DNA of 64,000 bases, taken from contig JALZUO010000028.1 in NCBI GenBank assembly GCA_023301565.1, positions 123 to 64,122 of the forward strand, given 5' to 3'. The notes below the pieces were generated by a model. The model worked only from the letters and a program-made list of their open reading frames with translations. It did no database searches and had not been told where the DNA came from. The translations under genes and the position numbers were made by a program. Within the stretch, counting starts at the first letter, position 1. Each line of letters begins with the position of its first letter. Source of the DNA: Oligoflexales bacterium. GTDB taxonomy: Bacteria; Bdellovibrionota_B; Oligoflexia; Oligoflexales; JALZUQ01. Below, one piece after another: positions 19,598 to 28,718 of this stretch.

Positions 19598-20338
19598 ATG
19601 AACAAACCAACTACTAACATCTCTGTTTCGGTCACCAAAGAGCGTTATCAGGTAAAAACCGTCGATAACCAAGAAGAGCTGGATGCTGCTATGCAGCTTC
19701 GGGTGCAGTCGTTTCACCGTGAAATGGCTGGCATCTCTTCGACGACAAACGACATGACCCAGTACGATGTAGTCGGTGACATTATGATTGTAAGAGACCT
19801 TGAGCTTGATAAAACTGTTGGCTGTTACCGCGTGATATCGAGCACGCACACAGACCTATTCTATAGTTCACAGTTTTTTGATTGCTCCGAGTTTTTGGCC
19901 TTGCCCGGAACAAAAGTTGAAATGAGTAGAGCTTGCATAGACCCAGAGTATCGCAACGGATCAACTTTGCGCCTGCTTTGGACCGGGATTCACGAGTACG
20001 CACAAAAAGCTAAAGCCGATTACGTTTTTGGTTGCAGCGGTGTGTGGACGAACCGCCCAGAAGAGGTAGGTCTTTTAAAAGCGCATTTACACGATAAAGA
20101 CGCGGTATATGTTCGTAGCCGGATCTCTCCGATTGTCACCGGCAAAGAACCTGCGCCGCGGCCGGGTGAACCCTTTGAAACCAACCCCAAAAAGTTTATG
20201 CCCGGAATCATGCGGGTGTATCTAACAGTAGGCGCAAAGGTTTTTCCAGAAGCTGCCTATGACCCTGCCTTTGATTGCTACCTGATGTTCACGGCCTTGC
20301 ACTTGCAAGAAGAAATCCTCGATCACATGCGTAAATAA
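19598..20338 (+). CDS. GNAT N-acyltransferase, OlsB (ornithine lipid) family
   Basis: LRVQSFHREM, VGCYRV, FYSSQFFD, EMSRACIDPEYR, LLWTGI, FGCSG, DPAFDC. Confidence 0.8.
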   Translation: MNKPTTNISVSVTKERYQVKTVDNQEELDAAMQLRVQSFHREMAGISSTTNDMTQYDVVGDIMIVRDLELDKTVGCYRVISSTHTDLFYSSQFFDCSEFLALPGTKVEMSRACIDPEYRNGSTLRLLWTGIHEYAQKAKADYVFGCSGVWTNRPEEVGLLKAHLHDKDAVYVRSRISPIVTGKEPAPRPGEPFETNPKKFMPGIMRVYLTVGAKVFPEAAYDPAFDCYLMFTALHLQEEILDHMRK

Positions 20339-21076
20339 ATGAAGACAGACCTTAAAAACTGGCTGGTGGTTATACCAGCAAGGCTAGAGAGCACGCGGCT
20401 TCCGAACAAGCCCCTTGCTATGGTAGCGTCTAAACCACTTATTTACTGGGTACACTCGCAGGTAGCAAAACTTGAAAGTTATGGTGCTGATGTGGTGGTT
20501 GCCATCGATGACTTGAAGACAGAAGAGGCATGCAAGCAATTTAAAATTCCGTTCGTGCAAACTTCTAAAAAACATAAAAGTGGCACGGACCGTGTGGCTG
20601 AAGTTGCAAAAGACCACGGCAAGGATTTTATATTAAATGTCCAAGGGGACGAGCCACATATATCTGTGGGTGATCTTGCGGCGCTGATGCAAAGGATGGA
20701 GGCCGACTCTGGCAAGATGGGAACTCTTGTTTTTAAAACCAATGATCCAAAGGTTTTAGAAAACCCAAACAGGGTTAAAGCTATCGTGGAAGGCAGTATG
20801 GCCATCGATTTTTGTAGAAGCTATTCTTATTGTGAGGACTCAGCAGCGGGTGTTTCTTCCGTGTTTCTTCACGTTGGTGTGTACGCATTTCAAAAAGAGT
20901 ATCTTTTGACCTTTTGCCAGTTGCCGCAATCGGAACGCGAGAAGTCTCTTCGCCTCGAACAAATGCGGGCTCTAGATAATGGGGGAGAAATCCTTACTGT
21001 CGAAGCCGAAAAGTTTACGACTGGCATCGATACACCTGAGGACCTCGAAGCTTTTCGGCGAGGCCTGAACTCTTAG
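20339..21076 (+). CDS. kdsB: 3-deoxy-manno-octulosonate cytidylyltransferase
   Basis: IPARLESTRLPNKPL, SGTDRVAEV, NVQGDEP, HVGVYAF, LEQMRAL, IDTPEDL. Confidence 0.95.
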   Translation: MKTDLKNWLVVIPARLESTRLPNKPLAMVASKPLIYWVHSQVAKLESYGADVVVAIDDLKTEEACKQFKIPFVQTSKKHKSGTDRVAEVAKDHGKDFILNVQGDEPHISVGDLAALMQRMEADSGKMGTLVFKTNDPKVLENPNRVKAIVEGSMAIDFCRSYSYCEDSAAGVSSVFLHVGVYAFQKEYLLTFCQLPQSEREKSLRLEQMRALDNGGEILTVEAEKFTTGIDTPEDLEAFRRGLNS

Positions 21077-21214
21077 AATTCTTAACTTACTGAAAATAAA
21101 ACGTAAATTTAAGAGCGCAAGCACTTTCAAATATTGCTTAATAGTTGTGCGTTTTGCCTCTGGTTGCTACACTCCCCTGGATTGAATTGTGAACGGCGTG
21201 AATGGAGAGTTTTG

Positions 21215-21685
21215 ATGCGTATAAGTGTAGTGTTTTTGGCTTGTGTAAGTGTGTTTGGTTTGGCTGTCTCTTGCGGTAGCTCTGATGGCGGCGGAAAAAA
21301 ATCAAAGGACGAAAAATTTTTAAACGAGGGCGCATGTAAAGGAACAGAAAACATTGTTGCAGAGCAAACAAAACTTGTTCTAAAGGTTCCTTTGGGTGCT
21401 TTGTACGCGCAAAATACAGAAATGAGCTCGGCTGTGCTGAAGTTTCAAAAAGCTGATGGCTCGGCCGTAGACGGAGCCGTCCTTTTGTCGGCTAAGCCGG
21501 AAATGAAGTGTTGCGGTGGTACCCCTGATCAAGACGACATTGAACTAATTGATAATGGTGACGGCAGCTTTGATATAGAAAAAATATTTTTTAATAAAGC
21601 AGGTGAGTGGCTACTTCAGGCTAAATACTGCGCGCAAGGTAAGGCCGTCGTAGAAATCGTAGAGTTTCCAGTAAAAGCCGAATAG
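21215..21685 (+). CDS. YtkA/FixH-like Ig-fold lipoprotein
   Basis: Lipobox AVSC; DGSAVDGA...PEMKCCGG...GDGSFDIEKIFFNKAGEWLL resembles YtkA-like domains. Confidence 0.7.
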   Translation: MRISVVFLACVSVFGLAVSCGSSDGGGKKSKDEKFLNEGACKGTENIVAEQTKLVLKVPLGALYAQNTEMSSAVLKFQKADGSAVDGAVLLSAKPEMKCCGGTPDQDDIELIDNGDGSFDIEKIFFNKAGEWLLQAKYCAQGKAVVEIVEFPVKAE

Positions 21686-21723
21686 TTGTTTGAGCCATTA
21701 ATTATTTAGAAGCGAGAAGAGTC

Positions 21724-22623
21724 GTGCAAAAGAAAACTCAGTTTTGGTTAGTGCTATCGCTTGTCAGCTTGATGCTCGCGCAAGTTCCACACCTTCTGGC
21801 TTGTGCTTCGTGCGGTAGTGGTGCAGGTGATGCCATTTTTTTAGGTCCAAATGAAAAGTTTAAGCTCTACACTGCAGCAAGAGTGCAAAACTTTGTTTAT
21901 AGGCTCGGAAGCGAAGGCGACAAAGCGGCAGTTTATGACGTATCACAGCAGCGATACGTAGACGTGGGCCTAGCGTACCGAATATTGCCACGCGCTTATG
22001 TTTCCGTTTATTCAGGCGCGCAGTGGAACCACTCAGACGATCGTTCGGACTCTGGCGTGCAGCAGCCTTTATTTGCAGGCAGGGTTACCTTGCTCAGAAC
22101 AGACATTGCAAAAAGCTGGCGGCCGCAGCTGCAGGTTTTGATGTCTTATCGTCCTAAGATGTTTACAGACCGCTATGAAGGCTTGGACAGACAAGGGCTT
22201 GATGTGTTTGGTTCTGGGCATCATGAGGTTTCTATCGGTTACGACGCATTTAATAACCTTAAGAAAGTATTTTGGGGTGTTTCTCAAAGCCTAAAGGTTT
22301 CGACAGAAACAGATGTCGGTGATGATATTAAGACGCGGCCAGGCATCCAAACAAGTCATATTGCCAGTGTTGGTGCGGCTTACTATAGGCAAAACAAGGT
22401 TATGGCCGGCTATATTTTAAGCCTACGGGAAGAGCGGGTAAGCAGCGGAGATTCTATTGACGGGACAAAGATGCGAAGCCATGGGGCTTATATTGGTGCT
22501 GACTATAAACTGAAAAAAAATACGCAAATTCGAGCAACTTACACAGCAAGCGGTCTTGGAAACTCTAAGAATACGGGTAGAGCCGGTGGGTTAACCTTGG
22601 GTTTGTTTCATACATGGTTTTAA
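21724..22623 (+). CDS. Outer-membrane beta-barrel protein with N-terminal CxxC
   Basis: Signal peptide then CASCGSG; alternating beta strands; ends LGLFHTWF. Confidence 0.7.
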   Translation: MQKKTQFWLVLSLVSLMLAQVPHLLACASCGSGAGDAIFLGPNEKFKLYTAARVQNFVYRLGSEGDKAAVYDVSQQRYVDVGLAYRILPRAYVSVYSGAQWNHSDDRSDSGVQQPLFAGRVTLLRTDIAKSWRPQLQVLMSYRPKMFTDRYEGLDRQGLDVFGSGHHEVSIGYDAFNNLKKVFWGVSQSLKVSTETDVGDDIKTRPGIQTSHIASVGAAYYRQNKVMAGYILSLREERVSSGDSIDGTKMRSHGAYIGADYKLKKNTQIRATYTASGLGNSKNTGRAGGLTLGLFHTWF

Positions 22624-22636
22624 ATACGGTTTTTAT

Positions 22637-23059
22637 ATGTCAATAGGTCTTTTCTTTTTTCTATCTTTTCTTAGTGTTTTTATGTCAGCCGATGCAAATG
22701 CCGATGCAGTAAAAACCTATGTTTCTCAAAAGCAATCAACTCCTGAGTGCCAACCGATTCATGCGGTTAGCGCTAGGAAGATTTTCCAAGAACAAGAGCT
22801 TAGCGGTAAAACCAGAGTCATATGGTTTGCTAGCTGGTGCGGAGCTTGCCGGAAAAAAATAGCAGATTTGTCGGCTGCTGAGCTCAAGAAAACAGTTTTT
22901 GTAGGCCTTTTAGAAAGCCAAGCAAAGTCAAGTAGGGCACTAAAGGTCATGCTGCGGGGCAGGCAGGGGACGGTGAAGCTACCTTGCTACAGCGATTCAA
23001 ACGGGCAAGTAGCCGAGCTTTATAAGGTCTCGGGATTGCCGGCTTCTACGAAGCTCTAG
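22637..23059 (+). CDS. TlpA-like periplasmic thioredoxin
   Basis: Signal peptide; WFASWCGAC; YKVSGLP. Confidence 0.85.
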   Translation: MSIGLFFFLSFLSVFMSADANADAVKTYVSQKQSTPECQPIHAVSARKIFQEQELSGKTRVIWFASWCGACRKKIADLSAAELKKTVFVGLLESQAKSSRALKVMLRGRQGTVKLPCYSDSNGQVAELYKVSGLPASTKL

Positions 23060-23270
23060 GCTTTTACTTTTTTAATACACTCACTGATTCAGATTTATTC
23101 AAAAAATTCATTCTAAAAAAATAGCCTCCAACGCTGAACCCATGGGGTAGATCACTTTCAAGGTTTCTTAGATAACGTAGACCTAGTGCGGTCTGTTTAA
23201 CGTTACTATAGAAAAAGTTTTTTTCTGGCTTTGGGTAGCTGGCAAGAGTGCTTTATGGGAAAGATCAAAG

Positions 23271-24434
23271 ATGAAATCGATATTTATTCTCCTAGTAATA
23301 GCTGTGTTTTTTGGGTTACCTGCCGTACGAGCGGATGCAAAGCCACTGTGTAACCTTGCTAGAAGTAAAGCCATGCTTGCAAAAAACAAGCTACATGAAA
23401 AAATGTTTTCTTCAGTCAAAGCAGTCAAAAGTATGGAGCGTCGCCGTAGGATTGTTAAAGGTGTATTTGAACCTATTGCGCAAAAGCAGAGACTAGACGT
23501 TTATAAAACAAAACACTCTTTAGACTTTCTTGAGCTCGATGCTTTGTCTCGCCGCGATATGTCCATCATAGATGCAGTGCGAGAATCCATTAAGATTTCT
23601 GGGCTGGAAATAAGTTTTAAAAATAGCAGGATGAAGCTTGCCTCGGATGCAGCCTTATATGGTTTTACTGCCGACCAAGCCTTGGCTGCATATGATGCTA
23701 TGCAAAGTGAGATGATCAAACAGGGAGCCAACACGCGAAACTCGCTTTTTAAATGGGATGTCCAATCGGTTTCCTTGCTTAAGATGCTATCGACCTTGTC
23801 ACCATCTGAGATTCTCAGCTATCAGCGGCGGGCGAAGATGCTACTGGGCCCTATTACGCCGCCTGCATGGGACGAAGTGCTTAGGGTTCATTTGATGACT
23901 GGTGATTCTATAGAGTCGATTGTCGGTGCAGCAAAATCGATTACGAGTATTGCTGAGTTTGCAGAATTTTTTGATAATCACTCGGGCCACGACTACATAT
24001 CAGTTGGGTTGATTCAAAATGCTGCTTTTTCGGGTAAATACGAAGTAGAAAAGTACGTGTTAGATTGGAAAGCAAGAAGGTCCAGCTTCGTCGACACTCA
24101 GGCTGCCTACTCCCTGCTTTTTTCCTCTGTAACTTTAGCTAAGACCGTTTCTGAACTGCAAGAAGAACGGATGCCTAAACTAGTAGAACAAGTCAAAGAG
24201 GTGAGAGCAGAGCTGAAGTTGCCGCGTATCGGTCCAAAAAGTAATCTGATGGAAGTAATGGTCGCCTCCATGATTGAAAAAAGTGCTTTTCATGGCATTA
24301 GTGACGATACCATACTCAAGGTTTACCGAGAGCTTCTTGTAAGAGGTTATGATGCTCAAGACATACCCGGTTACTGGGGAACGATGAATAAAGCCTTAAA
24401 GGCGGTTATTGCGGATAGCTTTCCTGTTATATAG
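23271..24434 (+). CDS. Hypothetical secreted helical protein, paralog 1
   Basis: Signal peptide; colinear similarity to 24679-25849 (MQxEMIKQGANT, KMLST, VHLMT, HGISD, SFPV). Confidence 0.8.
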   Translation: MKSIFILLVIAVFFGLPAVRADAKPLCNLARSKAMLAKNKLHEKMFSSVKAVKSMERRRRIVKGVFEPIAQKQRLDVYKTKHSLDFLELDALSRRDMSIIDAVRESIKISGLEISFKNSRMKLASDAALYGFTADQALAAYDAMQSEMIKQGANTRNSLFKWDVQSVSLLKMLSTLSPSEILSYQRRAKMLLGPITPPAWDEVLRVHLMTGDSIESIVGAAKSITSIAEFAEFFDNHSGHDYISVGLIQNAAFSGKYEVEKYVLDWKARRSSFVDTQAAYSLLFSSVTLAKTVSELQEERMPKLVEQVKEVRAELKLPRIGPKSNLMEVMVASMIEKSAFHGISDDTILKVYRELLVRGYDAQDIPGYWGTMNKALKAVIADSFPVI

Positions 24435-24678
24435 GAACCAAGTACAGACCGTTTTTTTTGTCTCGTATGTTTAGGTTTTGTACAAGTCTACCTATTGAAT
24501 CTTTTGTTTTTTTGGCAATTGAATGGGTGGCATTGTGTTCAAGGTGATCGACCACAATGCCGCTACGGTGAACTTTGTTACTTGTATTATATGGGGGGTG
24601 CTGTTTCTCACTGTGTAATGTACCTACTTAGGCACACAGTTGGTCGGTTTTTTTTATTGTAGTATAGGGAAAAAATCC

Positions 24679-25849
24679 ATGAAGTTTATCGTCGGTTTGT
24701 TGTTATTGTGGGTAACCCTTGGAGTTAGTTTGACAGCAGGTGCTAGCCCTCGATGCAACCTTGTAAGGGTTGAAAGTAGACTAATTGAGAATAAAAATAA
24801 TGAACGGACCTTTTCAGCAAAAAACTCCGTAGACGCTATGGAACTTAGGGGCCAAGTTGTTAGGGCGATGTTTGTTCCTGTCGCGAAAAAAAATGGTTAT
24901 AACTCTTCCAGTGTCGACGTTATTGTTAACTTGATGGAAATCCATGCTTCGCGGAGTAGAGGACCTTCGATAGCTGCTTCAGTGAAAGAATCCATGAAAA
25001 TAACAGGAGTTGAAGTAGGTACATCAAATAACAGACACCAGCTTGCAATGGATGCAGCTACATACGGGGTTAGTGCTGACGAGGCTCTAGCGTTATTTGA
25101 CGATATGCAGAATGAAATGATCAAACAAGGAGCTAATACACAAAACCCAATTTTTAAAATCCGATGTTGAATCACTTGCGACGGTTAAAATGTTGTCGAC
25201 CTGGTCACCACCTGAGGTTCTTCACTACCAACAGCTTGCTAAGAATTTACTTGGTCCCAATACCCCGTCAGCAGCAGATGAGGTTCTTATAGTCCACCTT
25301 ATGACATGGGAGTTAATTGAGACTATCGTTAATTCTGCAAAATCTATTACAGAAATAGCTGAATTCGCCAAGTATTTTGAGGACGGTGCAGACGGGGTAA
25401 ATAGTTACTTTAGATCAGTCAGCTTACTTCAGTACGCTGCTTTTACAGGTCGTTCAGAAGTTAAGAGGTTTGTAGAAGATTGGAAGGTGAATAGAGATAG
25501 CTTCACTGATCGTCCTTCTGCAGACTCTTTATTGTATTCTTCGGTAGTGTTGCAAAAAACTATCTCAGAATTGCGACGTAGTCGATTACCTACTATAGCG
25601 AAAGAAATTAATAACATCAGAGCTGAGTTGAAGTTGCCTGTAGTCAGTTTTAGGGACCCATTTATGGAAAAGGCTGTAGCTGCTATCCTTGAAAAAAATG
25701 CTCTTCACGGGATTAGTGATAAGACAACTTTGAAGGCCTACAGAGAGCTTTTGGAAAGAGGCTATGGCAGAGACAGTGTAGAGGCTTTTTCGCGTCAGAT
25801 GAGTAGTGCGTTGCATATGGTTGTGTTAGTTAGCTTTCCTGTCCTTTAA
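24679..25849 (+). pseudogene. Paralog 2 of the secreted helical protein, split by a +1 frameshift at about 25156-25159
   Basis: TTT AAA [A] TCC GAT GTT GAA...; removing one A gives FKSDVESLATVKMLST, aligning with FKWDVQSVSLLKMLST of paralog 1. Confidence 0.8.
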
Positions 25850-26079
25850 ATTTTTTCGTTTAGCTAGGGTTTCATGGTGCTTTCTTGCTTTTCGATTGAC
25901 GTGGCGGTCCTCTTGTCTTCTTGAGTAAAAAACAAACATCTTCCTCTAGCGACCTCCTGTTGAGGGTATACCAAGCTTTCAACTAGGCAGTTTGCCGCTC
26001 TTTGCATTCTTTGTTGTGATTTTAAGTTATCCCTGCAAAAGTTAAAAAATATTTTCATGCATTTGTCAGGGAGAGACAC

Positions 26080-27768
26080 ATGAGTCATCGGCTAACGCAG
26101 GAATCTGGCGGGGGGAGCCTTAGACCTTTTTTCAGTACCCGTCTTTGCACGGTTGTGCTTCTTTTATTTCTTCTTCTAGCCTTTTTGCCAACCACTGGTT
26201 TTAGTTTCCAAGAACCCGACTTTAGCCGCGATGCCCGTATTGTGCCCGGTGAAAACCGGGAAAATATTTACGCATGGAGCGAGCAAGAGTTCTCTCAGGT
26301 TAAGGCAGCAGGGTTAAAGCATGTATTGAATTACCCTGTCGATGTAACTGGGCTTGTTGTTCCGGACGGGGTTTTTCGCCGTATTCTTGACGGAGAAAGT
26401 AAGCAGTTTAGCCATATGCTAGCAACGGAAGCTGCAAGGGTTTATACGGGCTATGATTCTTTTTCGAGTTTTCAAGATTGGATGGGGCTGATTGATGTCG
26501 AAGGAAGCTCAGTCCGTCTAGGTGAAACACGTATAGAGCGTGGCGGTGTAGATGGGTTGACCTATAGCTGCGGGTTTTGTCATACGAGCAAACTTTTTGG
26601 CAAAGCCGTGGTTGGACTTGGTAACCGGTTTGCACGGGCAAACGCTACCTTTGGTTTGGCACAGTCGTTTTTTAATCGTTTTGACTCTGAGCAGCTTGCA
26701 TTAGCTACGCATGTAAGCCCTGAAGAGATGGCTTTGTCTAAGGATGTAGAACATAAGATGGCCTGGGTCGGGCAAAAAGAGCCGGTAGCACTGGGTCTAG
26801 ACACCTCTTTGGCGCAAGTTGCGCTTTCTTTGGCAAAGCGCGGGCAAGGGCCATGGGCTGAAATGCGGGCAGACTCTGCAAACAGCCCAAGAGCAAATGC
26901 CTTGAGTTCACACGTGGCAGACAGCAAGCCTGCTACCTGGTGGGGGTTGAAGTACAAGACCCGCTGGCTTTTGGATGGTTCGGTTGTGTCTGGTAACCCT
27001 GTTTTTACAAACTTTTTGTGGAACGAGCTTGGTAGGGCCACTGACCTTAAAGAGCTAGATCAATGGCTAAAACAAAACAAAAAAGTAGTGCAAGAGCTCA
27101 CAACTTACGTCTATGCAAGCAGCCCTCCGTCGTTGGCACAGTTTTTTGACTTAAAAGAGTTTGATTTAAAAAGTGCGAAACGTGGCCAAAAGCTTTTTAC
27201 AGATAACTGTGCGCGTTGCCACGGTGAGTACAAAAAAGCATGGGATAGTGCAGAAGGGTTATCGTTAGAAGAAGCCATTCAAACCACAGGCGTTCGCTAC
27301 CATGAAAAAACCCCTGTCATCAATGTTGGTACGGACCCGGGCAGGTGGCAAGGGATGCAGTACTTTGCAGGACAGCTCAATAGCCTGCAAATTTCAAAAA
27401 ATGCAGGGGCAGTGGTAGAGCCTCAACGCGGCTATGTGCCGCCTCCTTTGGTTGGTATCTGGGCGCGGTGGCCATATCTGCACAACAACAGTGTCTCTTC
27501 TCTGTGTGAGCTTTTAACCCCTTCAAGCGAGCGCAAGAAAAGCTATTATGCCTCCGAGCCGATTCTTCAAGATCGTGATTTTGATTTTGAATGCAACGGC
27601 TACCCGGACGTGCCGTGGCTGCACCAAAGAAGTGAATTCTACTTTGATACCCAAAAAGAAGGAATGGGAGCTATGGGGCATGATAAAGGAATTTTTGTCG
27701 TAGGCGGAAGGTCCATATTTTCTGCGCAGGATAAGCTTGATTTAGTGAAGTTTTTGCAGACGCTCTAG
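26080..27768 (+). CDS. Secreted di-haem c-type cytochrome, RoxA/rubber-oxygenase-like
   Basis: CGFCH and CARCH; VGTDP; YVPPPLVGIWARWPYLHNNSV resembles the RoxA-type APYLHNGSVP motif. Confidence 0.75.
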   Translation: MSHRLTQESGGGSLRPFFSTRLCTVVLLLFLLLAFLPTTGFSFQEPDFSRDARIVPGENRENIYAWSEQEFSQVKAAGLKHVLNYPVDVTGLVVPDGVFRRILDGESKQFSHMLATEAARVYTGYDSFSSFQDWMGLIDVEGSSVRLGETRIERGGVDGLTYSCGFCHTSKLFGKAVVGLGNRFARANATFGLAQSFFNRFDSEQLALATHVSPEEMALSKDVEHKMAWVGQKEPVALGLDTSLAQVALSLAKRGQGPWAEMRADSANSPRANALSSHVADSKPATWWGLKYKTRWLLDGSVVSGNPVFTNFLWNELGRATDLKELDQWLKQNKKVVQELTTYVYASSPPSLAQFFDLKEFDLKSAKRGQKLFTDNCARCHGEYKKAWDSAEGLSLEEAIQTTGVRYHEKTPVINVGTDPGRWQGMQYFAGQLNSLQISKNAGAVVEPQRGYVPPPLVGIWARWPYLHNNSVSSLCELLTPSSERKKSYYASEPILQDRDFDFECNGYPDVPWLHQRSEFYFDTQKEGMGAMGHDKGIFVVGGRSIFSAQDKLDLVKFLQTL

Positions 27769-27782
27769 CGTTAGAGCGGCCC

Positions 27783-28718
27783 TTATCTTCTTTTAGAGCC
27801 GATGATTTCTAAAAGTCTGTGGTCTAATAGCGCGTCGTCGAAGTTAGATAAGTCTATGTCTTCTATTGTTTCATTGGGTTTAATTGCTACATTGTGTTCG
27901 CTATTTCCCTTGTTAGGAACTCTAGTATCTGAAACAAAGCCGCTTTCTGTTCGGTAGGAGCGATATCTGGGTAGTTCGCTGGCTTGGCCAATACCCACTT
28001 GTTCTTTGATTTTGGCACGGTTTTCAGATCTGGCGATTTGGCTGTAGTGCGAGCTGACTTTTGCGCTTAAGATTGCAAGGGCTGCTTTACGGTTTGCTTG
28101 CTGACTTCGGTGGTTGCTTATAGCAACGCTTAAGCCTGTGGGTCCATGCGTAGCTCGAATAGCTGTTGCTGTTCTGTTGACGTGTTGACCGCCGGGACCA
28201 CTAGCAGCAGCAAAGGCGACGATGTCAACTTCTTCTTCCCTAATGAAAACGTTGTTTTTAGGGTCTGGCGGGGTCACAGTCACAGCTAGTTTGTTGGTGA
28301 ATACCTGCCCTTTACTTCCCCCGCCAACAGTAAATGTTTGAGCGCCAGCTTCAAAAATAAAGGTTTTATAAGCCTCCTTACCCCGTACGATCATAAAGAC
28401 TTCTTTTAGTAGTTTAGTCTTGCTATCAACCGCTTCTTGAACGATTTCATGCTCAATTCCTTTCGCTCTGGCCAGTCTTTGGTAGCGGTTGTAAAGCTTC
28501 TCGAGGTTTATCTGGTTGTCCTTCCCACCACCTATTGATCGGATTTGAACTAAAAATTCAGTCTGCGAGTAATATGGGTCGTTGTATTTGAGTAGTTCGT
28601 CTCTCAGCGGGTCCCTAAGCTCTAGAGCTGTGGATAAAATGGATTTAGCGTGAACCTTAGCGGCCTGGGCCATGTCCGGATCTTTGGCGATTTCAAGGTA
28701 TTCGGCTCTTTCTCTTAG
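27783..28718 (-). CDS. Class-I release-factor homologue (RF1-like), C-terminal reading frame
   Basis: ASGPGGQHVNRTATAIRATHGPTG, RSQQANR, RSY and LVQIRSIGGG; the frame is open upstream of ATG 28673 as LRERAEYLEIAKDPDM (RF1 DPEM-like). Confidence 0.85.
   Translation of the reverse strand, partial: LRERAEYLEIAKDPDMAQAAKVHAKSILSTALELRDPLRDELLKYNDPYYSQTEFLVQIRSIGGGKDNQINLEKLYNRYQRLARAKGIEHEIVQEAVDSKTKLLKEVFMIVRGKEAYKTFIFEAGAQTFTVGGGSKGQVFTNKLAVTVTPPDPKNNVFIREEEVDIVAFAAASGPGGQHVNRTATAIRATHGPTGLSVAISNHRSQQANRKAALAILSAKVSSHYSQIARSENRAKIKEQVGIGQASELPRYRSYRTESGFVSDTRVPNKGNSEHNVAIKPNETIEDIDLSNFDDALLDHRLLEIIGSKRR

Noticed and set aside
25168-25170. Selenocysteine or readthrough at TGA
   Set aside because: The downstream half is in a different (+1) frame, so readthrough would not join the two parts.
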